34,637 nucleotides of DNA from an uncultured Planctomycetales bacterium (GCA_964571825.1 CAZNDQ010000002.1:1-34637); one strand, 5' to 3'. Counted from the first letter of the stretch, positions 17,935 through 26,101 are shown. Made by a program: numbers and translations. The notes: generated from the sequence alone by a model not told the origin.

Positions 17935-19065
17935 ATGCGTGGTCAAGTCGATCATCAGGGCACGGTGTTTCATGTATTCCACGTCGAGGACCTGATTCCA
18001 GCGGCTCATCCGCTGCGGGCGGTCAAGGCGCGGGTCGACGTGGTGCTGGCGTCGATGTCGACGCGGTTCGCGCGGGCCTACGGGCGGACCGGGCGGCCGA
18101 GCATCCCGCCGGAGCGGCTGATCAAAGCGCTGCTGCTGCAGGCGCTCTACAGCATCCGCAGCGAGACGCAGCTCTGCGAGCAGATCTCGTACAACATGCT
18201 CTTCCGCTGGTTCCTCGACATGCAGCCGTCGGAGTCGTCCTGGACACCCGAGGTGTTCAGCATGAACCGCAAGCGGTTCGACAAACACGGCTTCGTGCGC
18301 GACTTCTTTGACCGCGTGGTCTCCGACGCGCTGCTCAAGGACCTCGCCAGCCCGGACCACTTCAGCGTCGACGGGACGCTGATCCAGTCGTTCGCCTCGA
18401 TGAAGAGCCTGCGGCCGCGCGGCAGCGCCGATCGGCGCGTCCGCGATGGATCGGACGACGACGACCCGGGCAACCCGACGGTCAACTTCCGCAAGGAGAA
18501 ACGAACGAACGCGACGCATCGCAGCCTCGTCGACCCGCAGGCGCGGCTGGCGCGCAAGGGATCGGGCAAGCCGGCGCTGCTCAGCCACAGCGCGCACGTG
18601 CTGATGGAGAACCGCAACGGGCTGTGCCTGGACGTGAGGGTGGACGCGGCCGACGGCCGCGCCGAGCGCCGCGCCGCGCGGCGGATGCTCAATCGCACGC
18701 TGAGCCGTCACCGGCTGCTGCCCAAGACGCTGGGGGCCGATGCCGGCTACCGCGCCGGCGCGTTCCTGTTGTCGCTGGAGGAGGACGGGACGAAACCGCA
18801 CGTGCCGATGGGTGAGCCGTGCATCCGCGGCAAGAGCGAGAACGCCGAGGCGCGGCACCGTGCGGTGCGGCGCATGCGGACCAAGGGGTACGCCGTCAGT
18901 CAGCGGATTCGCAAGCGGGTGGAGGAGATCATTGGCTGGTGCAAGCAGGTGGGCGGGCTGGCGCGGGCACGGTTCGTCGGAAGGTGGAAAATCAAGCAAC
19001 AGGCGGAGATCGCCGCCGCCGCCTACAACCTGCTCCGACTGGCCCGACTGGCGCCCGCGATCTGA
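17935..19065 (+). CDS. IS5-family DDE transposase (InsH/DUF772-type N-terminus)
   Basis: ATG at 17935 preceded by GGAGGA (17923-17928). N-terminal IPPERLIKALLLQALYSIRSETQLCEQISYNMLFRWFL is the DUF772/IS5 signature. Candidate DDE residues are in FSVDGTLIQS, LGADAGY and RKRVEEIIGWCK (R-3-E-6-K). TGA at 19063-19065. Confidence 0.9.
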   Translation: MRGQVDHQGTVFHVFHVEDLIPAAHPLRAVKARVDVVLASMSTRFARAYGRTGRPSIPPERLIKALLLQALYSIRSETQLCEQISYNMLFRWFLDMQPSESSWTPEVFSMNRKRFDKHGFVRDFFDRVVSDALLKDLASPDHFSVDGTLIQSFASMKSLRPRGSADRRVRDGSDDDDPGNPTVNFRKEKRTNATHRSLVDPQARLARKGSGKPALLSHSAHVLMENRNGLCLDVRVDAADGRAERRAARRMLNRTLSRHRLLPKTLGADAGYRAGAFLLSLEEDGTKPHVPMGEPCIRGKSENAEARHRAVRRMRTKGYAVSQRIRKRVEEIIGWCKQVGGLARARFVGRWKIKQQAEIAAAAYNLLRLARLAPAI

Positions 19066-19151
19066 ACCGACCGCGAGCGAAAACCGAGCAGACGCCGAAA
19101 AACGACAACTCAAGGCCAACGGCAAACGCTCCAATGACCCCGCGCCGAACA

Positions 19152-19631
19152 TCAAAAAACAATCCAACCCTCAAAACAACGGTTCTTTAGCGGCCTGATA
19201 GTAGTCTCTGGTACAAGAACATAGCTGCGTGCCGCGAGGCCCGACGGTGTTGTCGCATCTGGTGCCGACACCGCCACAGTCACTTGGGTTAACCTGATGG
19301 GTGATCCGTTATAGATGGCGACATAAGCAGATTCGAGAACATATTTGGCATCGATCTCGACAAGTGATAACTGACGACCGTCAAGGTCACGCACGCGGCT
19401 AGATGGTCGCGCAAGCATTGTCTGTGTGTACACCGGAGTCCATTGGAGTTCCATGTCTTCATTCGTAAGCGCGAGTCTTTCAATGTTTCCCGAAATACGG
19501 CCAATTCGTAGTACTAGCCCTTCCGCTGACGACACGATCAGGTATGGCGTCGCGAGATAGCAGGTCACTGCCGCGGCGAGACCGGCCACGAGTAGGACCA
19601 CGAGCATCCAAGCGAACGAGACGGTTCGCAT
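19152..19631 (-). CDS. N-terminally membrane-anchored protein of unknown function, with its 3' end replaced by IS sequence
   Basis: ATG at 19631 with GGGGAG 7 nt upstream. TM anchor is FAWMLVVLLVAGLAAAVTCYL. Low GC. The last 14 codons (RPLKNRCFEGWIVF) and the stop are encoded by the IS right end (19196-19152), so the present ORF is a chimera. Confidence 0.55.
   Translation of the reverse strand: MRTVSFAWMLVVLLVAGLAAAVTCYLATPYLIVSSAEGLVLRIGRISGNIERLALTNEDMELQWTPVYTQTMLARPSSRVRDLDGRQLSLVEIDAKYVLESAYVAIYNGSPIRLTQVTVAVSAPDATTPSGLAARSYVLVPETTIRPLKNRCFEGWIVF
19170..19197. repeat. IS right terminal inverted repeat (IRR)
   Basis: Reverse complement of 19182-19197 equals 17849-17864. Sub-terminal A-rich AAAACAAC-like motifs are mirrored at the left end. 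Confidence 0.8.
19198..19201. repeat. Target-site duplication ATAG (right copy)
   Basis: Identical to 17845-17848 and directly abuts IRR. Confidence 0.6.
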
Positions 19632-19740
19632 GATCCTGCTCCCCTAGGCAACCACCTAATGAGCTGCGCGATTTATCGCACCGAACGCACTATACGTCAA
19701 GCGTTGAAACGAGTGAAAACGGCGCGCCGTCAAAGATGGA

Positions 19741-20448
19741 TCAGCTTAACTTCCCCTTTTTCCCCTGCTGCGTAATCACCGCCTGTTCACGGTCGAGGAT
19801 GAGCTGGAGGACTTCTTCCTCGTCTTCCGTCTCGCGCAAGGCGGCCAGCGTCGTCTCGTCGAGCATGCGCATCAGCCGCGCGAGGACTTGCAGGTGCTGG
19901 CGGTCATCGTGGCTGAGGAGGAGGAAGAAGAGGTCGGTCAGCACGCCGCCGGGGGCGTCGAAGACCACGCCGGCCTGCACCCGCCCGATGCAGACCAGCG
20001 GCTCGCCGGTGGCGTAGGGCATCGGCTGCCGCGGGTGGGGGATGGCGATGCCGTTGGGCAGTCCCGTCGAGCAGAGCCCCTCGCGCTCCTGCAGCGCCGC
20101 CAGCAGCCCGTCCTTGTCCCAGACCAGTCCGGTGCGCTCGGCCAGCCCGATCAGCTCGCGCAGAACTGAGGGCTTGGACCGCGCGTGCAGGTGCATGTCG
20201 ATGCCCTCGGCGCCGAGGCGGGCCCCGACGATGCTCTGGTCGTCGCCGTCGCCCATGGCCCGGTCGAGGCTCTCGAGCTGGGCCTGGGTCAGCGTATGGG
20301 CCTCCTGTTGCAGCCACTCCGTCACCTGGGCGCGGTTGACCCGCCACTGCCCGCTGACCTTGTGTCCGGGTAGCTTGCCCTTGTCGGCCAGCTTGGCCAC
20401 CTCGCGCACATCCATGCCGATGTGCCGGGCCAGCTCCTCGAGTGTCAT
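19741..20448 (-). CDS. HTH (excisionase/MerR-like, HTH_17) fused to a PTS EIIA(Ntr/Fru)-type domain
   Basis: ATG at 20448 (MTLEELARHIGMDVREVAKLADKGKLPGHKVSGQWRVNRAQVTEWL is an HTH_17 pattern). A GTG at 20463 is also possible. The EIIA core includes the phospho-His motif GLPNGIAIPHPR and LFFLLLS...HLQVLARL. TGA at 19741-19743. Confidence 0.85.
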   Translation of the reverse strand: MTLEELARHIGMDVREVAKLADKGKLPGHKVSGQWRVNRAQVTEWLQQEAHTLTQAQLESLDRAMGDGDDQSIVGARLGAEGIDMHLHARSKPSVLRELIGLAERTGLVWDKDGLLAALQEREGLCSTGLPNGIAIPHPRQPMPYATGEPLVCIGRVQAGVVFDAPGGVLTDLFFLLLSHDDRQHLQVLARLMRMLDETTLAALRETEDEEEVLQLILDREQAVITQQGKKGKLS

Positions 20449-20584
20449 GCTGCGGTAGGGCACGGCTGATCCTCGTCCCGGCCGGACCGTCCGACCTGTC
20501 CAATTCTACCGCCGCCGGGAGTCGGGGGCGCCACGACCGGCCGGAATCGCACCTGCGGCGGTCGGCGTCCAATTGTCCGCGCGG

Positions 20585-23500
20585 CTAACGATCCCGGCGC
20601 GGCGCCGGATCCGATGGCTCGCCGGGCGGCATCGCGGACATGCGGACGATGTCTTCGCGGAGCCGGCGGAGGGCGGCGGAATCGGGCCGGCGGCGGAGGG
20701 CGGCGTCGAGGTAGTGGAGGAAGTCGGCCGGGTCGTGCGGTTCGTCGAGTCGGAGCAGCGTGTGCAGTACGGCCACCAGTGCTTCGTCGTCTCCCCGTTG
20801 CAGGTTTAACTCCGCGGCAGCCCAGTGGGCCCGGGGCGAACCGGGAGCGAGCTGGTGCGCGCGGTCGATGGCGCGGCGGGCGTCGTCGAAGAGTTCGTCG
20901 CGGCGCAGGTCGGGCGCCTCGGATGGCGGCTCAGCCGCCGAAGCGACGAGCGGCTCATCCGGGGCGGGTTTGGTCTCGGCCGGTGCGGACTCGGGCGATT
21001 CAGGCTGCGTCGCGGCCGGCGCCGAATCGGGCGGCGGCGTGTTGCGCGCCAGACCGAGCAGCACCTCGGCGAGCGCAGCATACGAATCCGCAAGCAGCAG
21101 CGGCAGTTCGTCGTCGGTGATGCCGGGGGCGACGAGCCGCCCCCAGTTGCGGGCTTCATCCTCGTTGCCGGCGGCCAGAGCGAGCGTGAGGAGCTGGCCG
21201 TAGATGGGGCGGCTCAGTTCGTCGCGGCGGCCGATGGGCGGCATCGTTTCGAGGGCCTCTTCGGCGAGACGGCGCGCAGCGTCGGGTTCGCGGACGGACA
21301 TCAGCCAGGTGTAGCGCGCCTGTTCGAGGAGGGTGAGGGCGCGGGGGATGGGGAGGAAGTGCACATTGCGTCCGGCGTTGTAGAGGGTGACGGCGCGGGC
21401 GGCGAACTGCGCGGCGACGGCGTAGCGACCATGCATCCCTTCGATCGCGGCGGCGAGGCGGAAGGCCTCGGGGGCGAAGAAGACGCGCCAGGCGGCGGGG
21501 TCGTCGGGGTGCGGGTCGTGGTGTGCGGCGGTGACGAGTTCGCGCAGGGCATTAAGAAACTCGGGGCGCTGAGAGAGCTGCTGGACGGCGGCGAACATAT
21601 CGGGGATGCCGGACTCGGCGCGGAGCGGGCCGCAGAGGGCCTCGATCTGCTCGTGGGCGGGAATGTCCGCGGCCGAGGCAACGTACCGCAGGGCGAGGGC
21701 GAGGTTGTCACGCTGGCGCACGAGTTCGGTCTTGAGGGCGTCGACGGCGCGGGCGCGGAGGGGGCCGGCGGTCTCCGCAACGTCACCGCCTTCGTGTCGG
21801 TCGAGTTCGAGGAGGAGCGCGCAAAGGTTGGCTTCGGCGAGGCCGGCGCCATACAGGCCGGGGCAGATGCGGCGGAGGCGCTCGGCCAGGTCGAGGCCGC
21901 GCTGGATCGAGGGCTCAGCGCGGGCGAAGTCCTCGACGATAAGCGGCCGGGCGATGTCCTCGGCGGTCTGGCCGGCGGCGACGCGCTGGGCGCGCTGCTG
22001 CGCGCGGGCGACGTGGCGGGCGGCAGTGGCGGTATAGACGTCGAGCAGCAGGCCGTGGGCGTCGAGCCGGCGGAGCGGGTCGAGGCGGGCGCGGGCGGCG
22101 AACTCGGCGCCGAGGATGGCGCGGTCGTGGTCGGCAGCGCGGAGCTGGTCGGCGGCCTGGACCTCGGCGCGGGCGCCCTGCCAGTCGCGGGCGAAGAGGC
22201 CGACGAGGGCGACGGCAAAGACGGCGACGACCACGGTGACGAGGCGGCGCAGGCCGGGCGAGGGACACCAGACGTGCGCTTCCTCGCCGAGTTCGTTGTT
22301 GGCGGAGAGTGCCCATATCAGGCCCAGCAGGGTGAAGAAAATGCCGGGCAGGCCGGGGATGCGCAGGCCGACGTTCGCGGATTCCTCGACGATGAGGCCG
22401 ACCAGCGCGGCCAGCAGCGCGGCGAGGATCGCGCGGGAGAGGGTGTCGGGCTGGCGGTGGACGGCGCCCGCGCCGGCGATGAAGGTGAGCAGCAATCCGC
22501 CGACGAGGACGGCCAGGCCGATGGTGCCGAGGTCGGCCCAGGTTTCGATCCATTCGTTGTGGGCGTGGGCGAGGCGGCCGCGCATGGCGATCGGGTCGAT
22601 CATCGCGTCGCGCCCGGCGAGGTCGGCGTTGTTGGCGAGGAGGGCATAGCCGCCCTGCCCCACGCCGGTGAGCTTGCGCTGGCCGATCATGTCGAGGGCG
22701 TAGGACCAGGCATAAAGTCGCAGGCGGACGGTGGCCCCGCGGCCGAACTCCTGCATGCTCTCCCAGCGCGGGATCAGCGCCAAGGCGAGAATCAGCAGGG
22801 CGCCGGCGCCGACGCAGGCGAGGATGATCTTGCCGCGGCGGCGCAGGAGGAAGAATGGAAGGGCAAAGGCGGCAGAGGCCAGGCCGAGCAGCGTAGCGCG
22901 GGGGCCGACGTTGAGGATGCCCCTCAGCCAGGCGAGCGGGCCCTGCGGCGCGGCCGGGGGCGTGCCGGTAAGCATGATGCCCCACCAGATCACGACGGCG
23001 CAGAGGCCGGCGACGACGATGACGGTGATCGCGCGGGCGGAAATTCGCGCGGGCAACCGGATGAGTTGGGCGCCGAAGAGCGTCAGCGCGAGGACCAGGC
23101 CAGGCAGGAGCACGGCCGCGAGGAACAGCGGGTTGCCGACCGGATACTTGGCGCGGAAGGCAGGGTTACGCTCGTAGAAATACCAGACGGCCAGCGCCGC
23201 AGTGAGGGCGAGGACGACGAGGAGCATCCAGGCGGCGATGCGGGCGGCGCGGGGGTTAAGGCCGCGGCCGAGGGCGACGGCCCAGGAAATGTGCGCGGCG
23301 AGGATGACCGAGCCGCCGAGGGAGAAGGTCGGGGCGAAGGACCAGTTGGCGCTGAAGAAGGAGAAGGCGACGAGGATGAGCAGCAGGAGCTGGGCGCCGG
23401 AGAGGGCGGACATCTGCGCGGGGCCGGTCGGGGGCGGCGTGCCTGCGGTGGGCGAGGTGGCTGTCGGCGGGGCCTGTGGGCCGCGCGCGGTGCAGGCCGC

Positions 23501-23758
23501 ATTCCAGCCGACGAGTGCGACGAGCATGGCGGCGCCAGTGCAGAGGCCGAAGACGAGCGACTTGATCTCGACGCCGAGGGGAGTCGGCGCCGCATAGTGC
23601 AGATTGAGCAGCTCGACGATGGCACGGAGTGCGGAGTGGGCGGACCAGGGACGGGCGCCCTCCATCTCGCCGTGGCCGCTGCTGGTGAGCAGGCAGGTGC
23701 CGACAAGCATCGCGGCGACGAGGACGAGGAGGACGACGTGGACGTTTTGGATGCGCAC
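20585..23758 (-). CDS. Polytopic O-antigen ligase (Wzy_C/WaaL-like) family protein fused to a ~530-aa all-alpha (TPR-like) C-terminal region
   Basis: GTG at 23758, 1057 aa. About 12 or more TM segments, with the family signature LAHAHNEWIETWADLGTIGLAVLVGGLLL. The C-terminal half is Ala/Leu/Arg-rich and helical. TAG at 20585-20587. Confidence 0.85.
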   Translation of the reverse strand: MRIQNVHVVLLVLVAAMLVGTCLLTSSGHGEMEGARPWSAHSALRAIVELLNLHYAAPTPLGVEIKSLVFGLCTGAAMLVALVGWNAACTARGPQAPPTATSPTAGTPPPTGPAQMSALSGAQLLLLILVAFSFFSANWSFAPTFSLGGSVILAAHISWAVALGRGLNPRAARIAAWMLLVVLALTAALAVWYFYERNPAFRAKYPVGNPLFLAAVLLPGLVLALTLFGAQLIRLPARISARAITVIVVAGLCAVVIWWGIMLTGTPPAAPQGPLAWLRGILNVGPRATLLGLASAAFALPFFLLRRRGKIILACVGAGALLILALALIPRWESMQEFGRGATVRLRLYAWSYALDMIGQRKLTGVGQGGYALLANNADLAGRDAMIDPIAMRGRLAHAHNEWIETWADLGTIGLAVLVGGLLLTFIAGAGAVHRQPDTLSRAILAALLAALVGLIVEESANVGLRIPGLPGIFFTLLGLIWALSANNELGEEAHVWCPSPGLRRLVTVVVAVFAVALVGLFARDWQGARAEVQAADQLRAADHDRAILGAEFAARARLDPLRRLDAHGLLLDVYTATAARHVARAQQRAQRVAAGQTAEDIARPLIVEDFARAEPSIQRGLDLAERLRRICPGLYGAGLAEANLCALLLELDRHEGGDVAETAGPLRARAVDALKTELVRQRDNLALALRYVASAADIPAHEQIEALCGPLRAESGIPDMFAAVQQLSQRPEFLNALRELVTAAHHDPHPDDPAAWRVFFAPEAFRLAAAIEGMHGRYAVAAQFAARAVTLYNAGRNVHFLPIPRALTLLEQARYTWLMSVREPDAARRLAEEALETMPPIGRRDELSRPIYGQLLTLALAAGNEDEARNWGRLVAPGITDDELPLLLADSYAALAEVLLGLARNTPPPDSAPAATQPESPESAPAETKPAPDEPLVASAAEPPSEAPDLRRDELFDDARRAIDRAHQLAPGSPRAHWAAAELNLQRGDDEALVAVLHTLLRLDEPHDPADFLHYLDAALRRRPDSAALRRLREDIVRMSAMPPGEPSDPAPRRDR

Positions 23759-23956
23759 GGGCGGATCGTAGCGCGATGTGGGAATGGCTGCAATGGGCGA
23801 TCAGATGTCGGATGTGAGAATTGTGGAATGCTGAATGACGGGAGAATTGCGGATTGCGGAATACAGGCGTCTGTAAGCTGGTCGGCGTGCTGGAAAGCCT
23901 GTGTGATCAGAGGATCTTCGCTGGCGCTCAGGATGACGCCCTTGAGCGACTATTGG

Positions 23957-24520
23957 CTATTGGCGCGGGGACCAGATGGTGTCGGGGACGTTGGCGCGGG
24001 CGTTGGCGAGGCGAGCCCAGGCGAAGAGCAGGTCGCCGAGGCGGTTGAGGTAGAGCAGCACGTGGTGGTTGATGCGGTCGCTGTGCTGAAGCGCGACGAC
24101 GAGGCGTTCGGCATCGCGGCAGGCGGCACGGGCGAGGTGGATGCGGCAGGCGAGTTCGCAGCCGCCGGGGAGGATGAAGCTGCGCAGGGGCGGGAGTGCG
24201 TCACAGGCTTCGTCGATCCAGTGTTCGAGCTGCACCACCTGCGCAGCAGAGATGCGCGGGACGGCGCGCGGCGGCGCGGCCGCGCCGGCGGCGGGTTCGG
24301 GTGTGGCGAGGTCAGCGCCGGTGTCGAAGAGTTCGCGCTGAATCTGTTCGAGGTGCGCGGCGAGATCGTCGTGGGTGCAGACAGCGCGGGCCGAGCCGAG
24401 GAAGCTGTTGAGCGCGTCCACGGCGCCGTAGGCGCAGACGCGCGGGTGGTCCTTGGGGACGCGCGAGCCGTCGAAGAGGCCGGTCTCGCCGCTGTCGCCC
24501 GTCTTTGTGTACAGCTTCAT
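23957..24520 (-). CDS. ATP:cob(I)alamin adenosyltransferase, PduO type
   Basis: MKLYTKTGDSGETGLFDGSRVPKDHPRVCAYGAVDALNS... is the canonical PduO/MMAB N-terminus. 187 aa. ATG at 24520, TAG at 23957-23959. Confidence 0.9.
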   Translation of the reverse strand: MKLYTKTGDSGETGLFDGSRVPKDHPRVCAYGAVDALNSFLGSARAVCTHDDLAAHLEQIQRELFDTGADLATPEPAAGAAAPPRAVPRISAAQVVQLEHWIDEACDALPPLRSFILPGGCELACRIHLARAACRDAERLVVALQHSDRINHHVLLYLNRLGDLLFAWARLANARANVPDTIWSPRQ

Positions 24521-24658
24521 GCGGTCAGTCTATGATGCCCGCCTGGGGAATTCCAGATACGGGAGGAGCGGCGCCGCGGAGTGCGCCGCGGCGCGGAACT
24601 GGCGGCGCAGAGACGCGCCCGGAGAGTCCGCGACCCAGGTTTTCGGGAGCCGACGACG

Positions 24659-26086
24659 GTGTTCGAGTCTCTGACAGAACGGTTCAACGACGTCTTTCAT
24701 CGCCTGCGCGGGCGCGGGCGGATCACGGAAGAGAACGTGCGCGAAGCGATGCAGCAGGTGCGGACGGCGCTGCTGGAGGCGGACGTGCACGTCGAGGTGG
24801 CGCGGAAGTTCTGCGACGACTGCCTGCAAATGGCGCTGGGCGAGAACGTCATCAATACGCTCAAGCCGGACCAGGTGATGGTCAAGGTGGTGCACGACGA
24901 ACTCGTGCGGCTGATGGGGCCGGTGGATCCGCGGATTCCGTACGTCAGCCCGGGGCCGACGGTGCTGATGCTGGCGGGGTTGCAGGGGTCGGGCAAGACG
25001 ACGACGTGCGCGAAGCTGGCGAACTTCGTGCTCAAGAGCGGCAAGCGGCCGCTGCTGGTGGCGGCCGACCTGAAGCGCCCGGCCGCCATCGACCAACTCG
25101 AAGTGCTCGGCGGGCAGCTCGGCGTGCCGGTGCACGCGGAGCGGGACCACCAGAACCCGGTGAAGGTCTGCCGCAATGGCATTCTGGCGGCGCGGAAGAC
25201 GGACCGCGACGTGGTGATCCTCGACACGGCCGGCCGACTGTCGATCGACGAAGAGCTGATGCAGGAAGTGGCACAGGTGGCGCAGGCCACGACGCCGCAG
25301 CAGATCTACCTCGTGCTGGACGCGATGACAGGTCAGGACGCGGTGAACACGGCCAGGCGCTTCAACGAGCGGCTGGAGCTGGACGGGCTGATCCTGACGA
25401 AGTTCGACTCGGACACGCGCGGCGGGGCGGCGCTCTCGGCGAAGCAGGTGACCGGCAAGCCGATCAAGTTCATCGGCGTCGGCGAAAAGATCGAGAACCT
25501 GGAGGCGTTTCATCCGGACCGGATGGCGTCGCGCATCCTTGGCATGGGCGACGTGGTCAGCCTCGTCGAGAAGGCGCAGGAACAGTTCGATCAGCAGGAG
25601 GCGGCCAAGCTCGAACAGCGGATGAAGAGCGGGCTGTCGCTGGAGGACTTCCTCGCGCAGCTCCGCAAGATGCAGAAGATGGGGTCAATGCGCGACCTGC
25701 TGAAGATGATCCCCGGCATGGGCAGCGAACTGAAGAACATGGAGGTGGACGATGATGAGCTGTCGCAGGTCGAGGCGATGATCCTCTCGATGACGAAGAA
25801 GGAGCGGGCGAACCCGACGATCATCGACACCTCGCGGCGGCGGCGGATCGCGCGCGGGGCAGGCGTCGAGCCGCAGGACGTCTCGGGGCTGGTGAAGAAC
25901 TTCATGCAGATGCGCGAGATGATGAAGGCGATGTCGGGGATGAGCATGATGGACCGGATGCGGTTCGGGACGCAGTTCTCGAAGGCGGCCGCGACGGGCA
26001 TGATGCCGCAGTTCAAGATGAAGAAGGCCCAGCCGGTGCGGAAGCTGACGCAGAAGGACAAGCGGAAGCGGCGCAAGCGGCGATAG
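24659..26086 (+). CDS. ffh: Signal recognition particle protein Ffh
   Basis: The GTG at 24659 gives (M)FESLTERFNDVFHRLRGRGRITEENV, the canonical Ffh start, with GGGAG 8-9 nt upstream. G-domain motifs are GLQGSGKTTT, DTAGR and TKFDSDTRGG. Met-rich M domain and a basic tail. The track start at 24581 adds an atypical extension. Confidence 0.95.
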   Translation: MFESLTERFNDVFHRLRGRGRITEENVREAMQQVRTALLEADVHVEVARKFCDDCLQMALGENVINTLKPDQVMVKVVHDELVRLMGPVDPRIPYVSPGPTVLMLAGLQGSGKTTTCAKLANFVLKSGKRPLLVAADLKRPAAIDQLEVLGGQLGVPVHAERDHQNPVKVCRNGILAARKTDRDVVILDTAGRLSIDEELMQEVAQVAQATTPQQIYLVLDAMTGQDAVNTARRFNERLELDGLILTKFDSDTRGGAALSAKQVTGKPIKFIGVGEKIENLEAFHPDRMASRILGMGDVVSLVEKAQEQFDQQEAAKLEQRMKSGLSLEDFLAQLRKMQKMGSMRDLLKMIPGMGSELKNMEVDDDELSQVEAMILSMTKKERANPTIIDTSRRRRIARGAGVEPQDVSGLVKNFMQMREMMKAMSGMSMMDRMRFGTQFSKAAATGMMPQFKMKKAQPVRKLTQKDKRKRRKRR

Positions 26087-26101
26087 CGGCCGGCGCCTCG
26101 C

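Larger units (their letters stand above)
17849..19197 (+). mobile_element. Complete IS5-like (IS5/IS1182-type) insertion sequence, 1349 bp
   Basis: Single transposase ORF bounded by terminal inverted repeats. CAGGCCGCTAAAGAAC (17849-17864) is the exact reverse complement of 19182-19197. Flanked by the 4-bp direct repeat ATAG. G+C is about 67% (host-like) inside a 40-53% islet. Confidence 0.85.

Noticed and set aside
17842-19167. 441-aa ORF on the minus strand inside the IS
   Set aside because: It is antisense to the transposase, which carries the DUF772/DDE signatures. The translation is Arg/Pro/Leu-rich and featureless.
20825-24535. 1236-aa ORF on the plus strand, the longest in the window
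   Set aside because: It is antisense to the O-antigen-ligase-like and PduO genes, both of which have clear family signatures. The translation is Gly/Ala/Glu/Arg low-complexity.
24521-24658. Possible cobalamin riboswitch upstream of the PduO-type adenosyltransferase
   Set aside because: The region is only 138 nt and is shared with the ffh promoter. I see no B12-box-like GCCACTG core on either strand.
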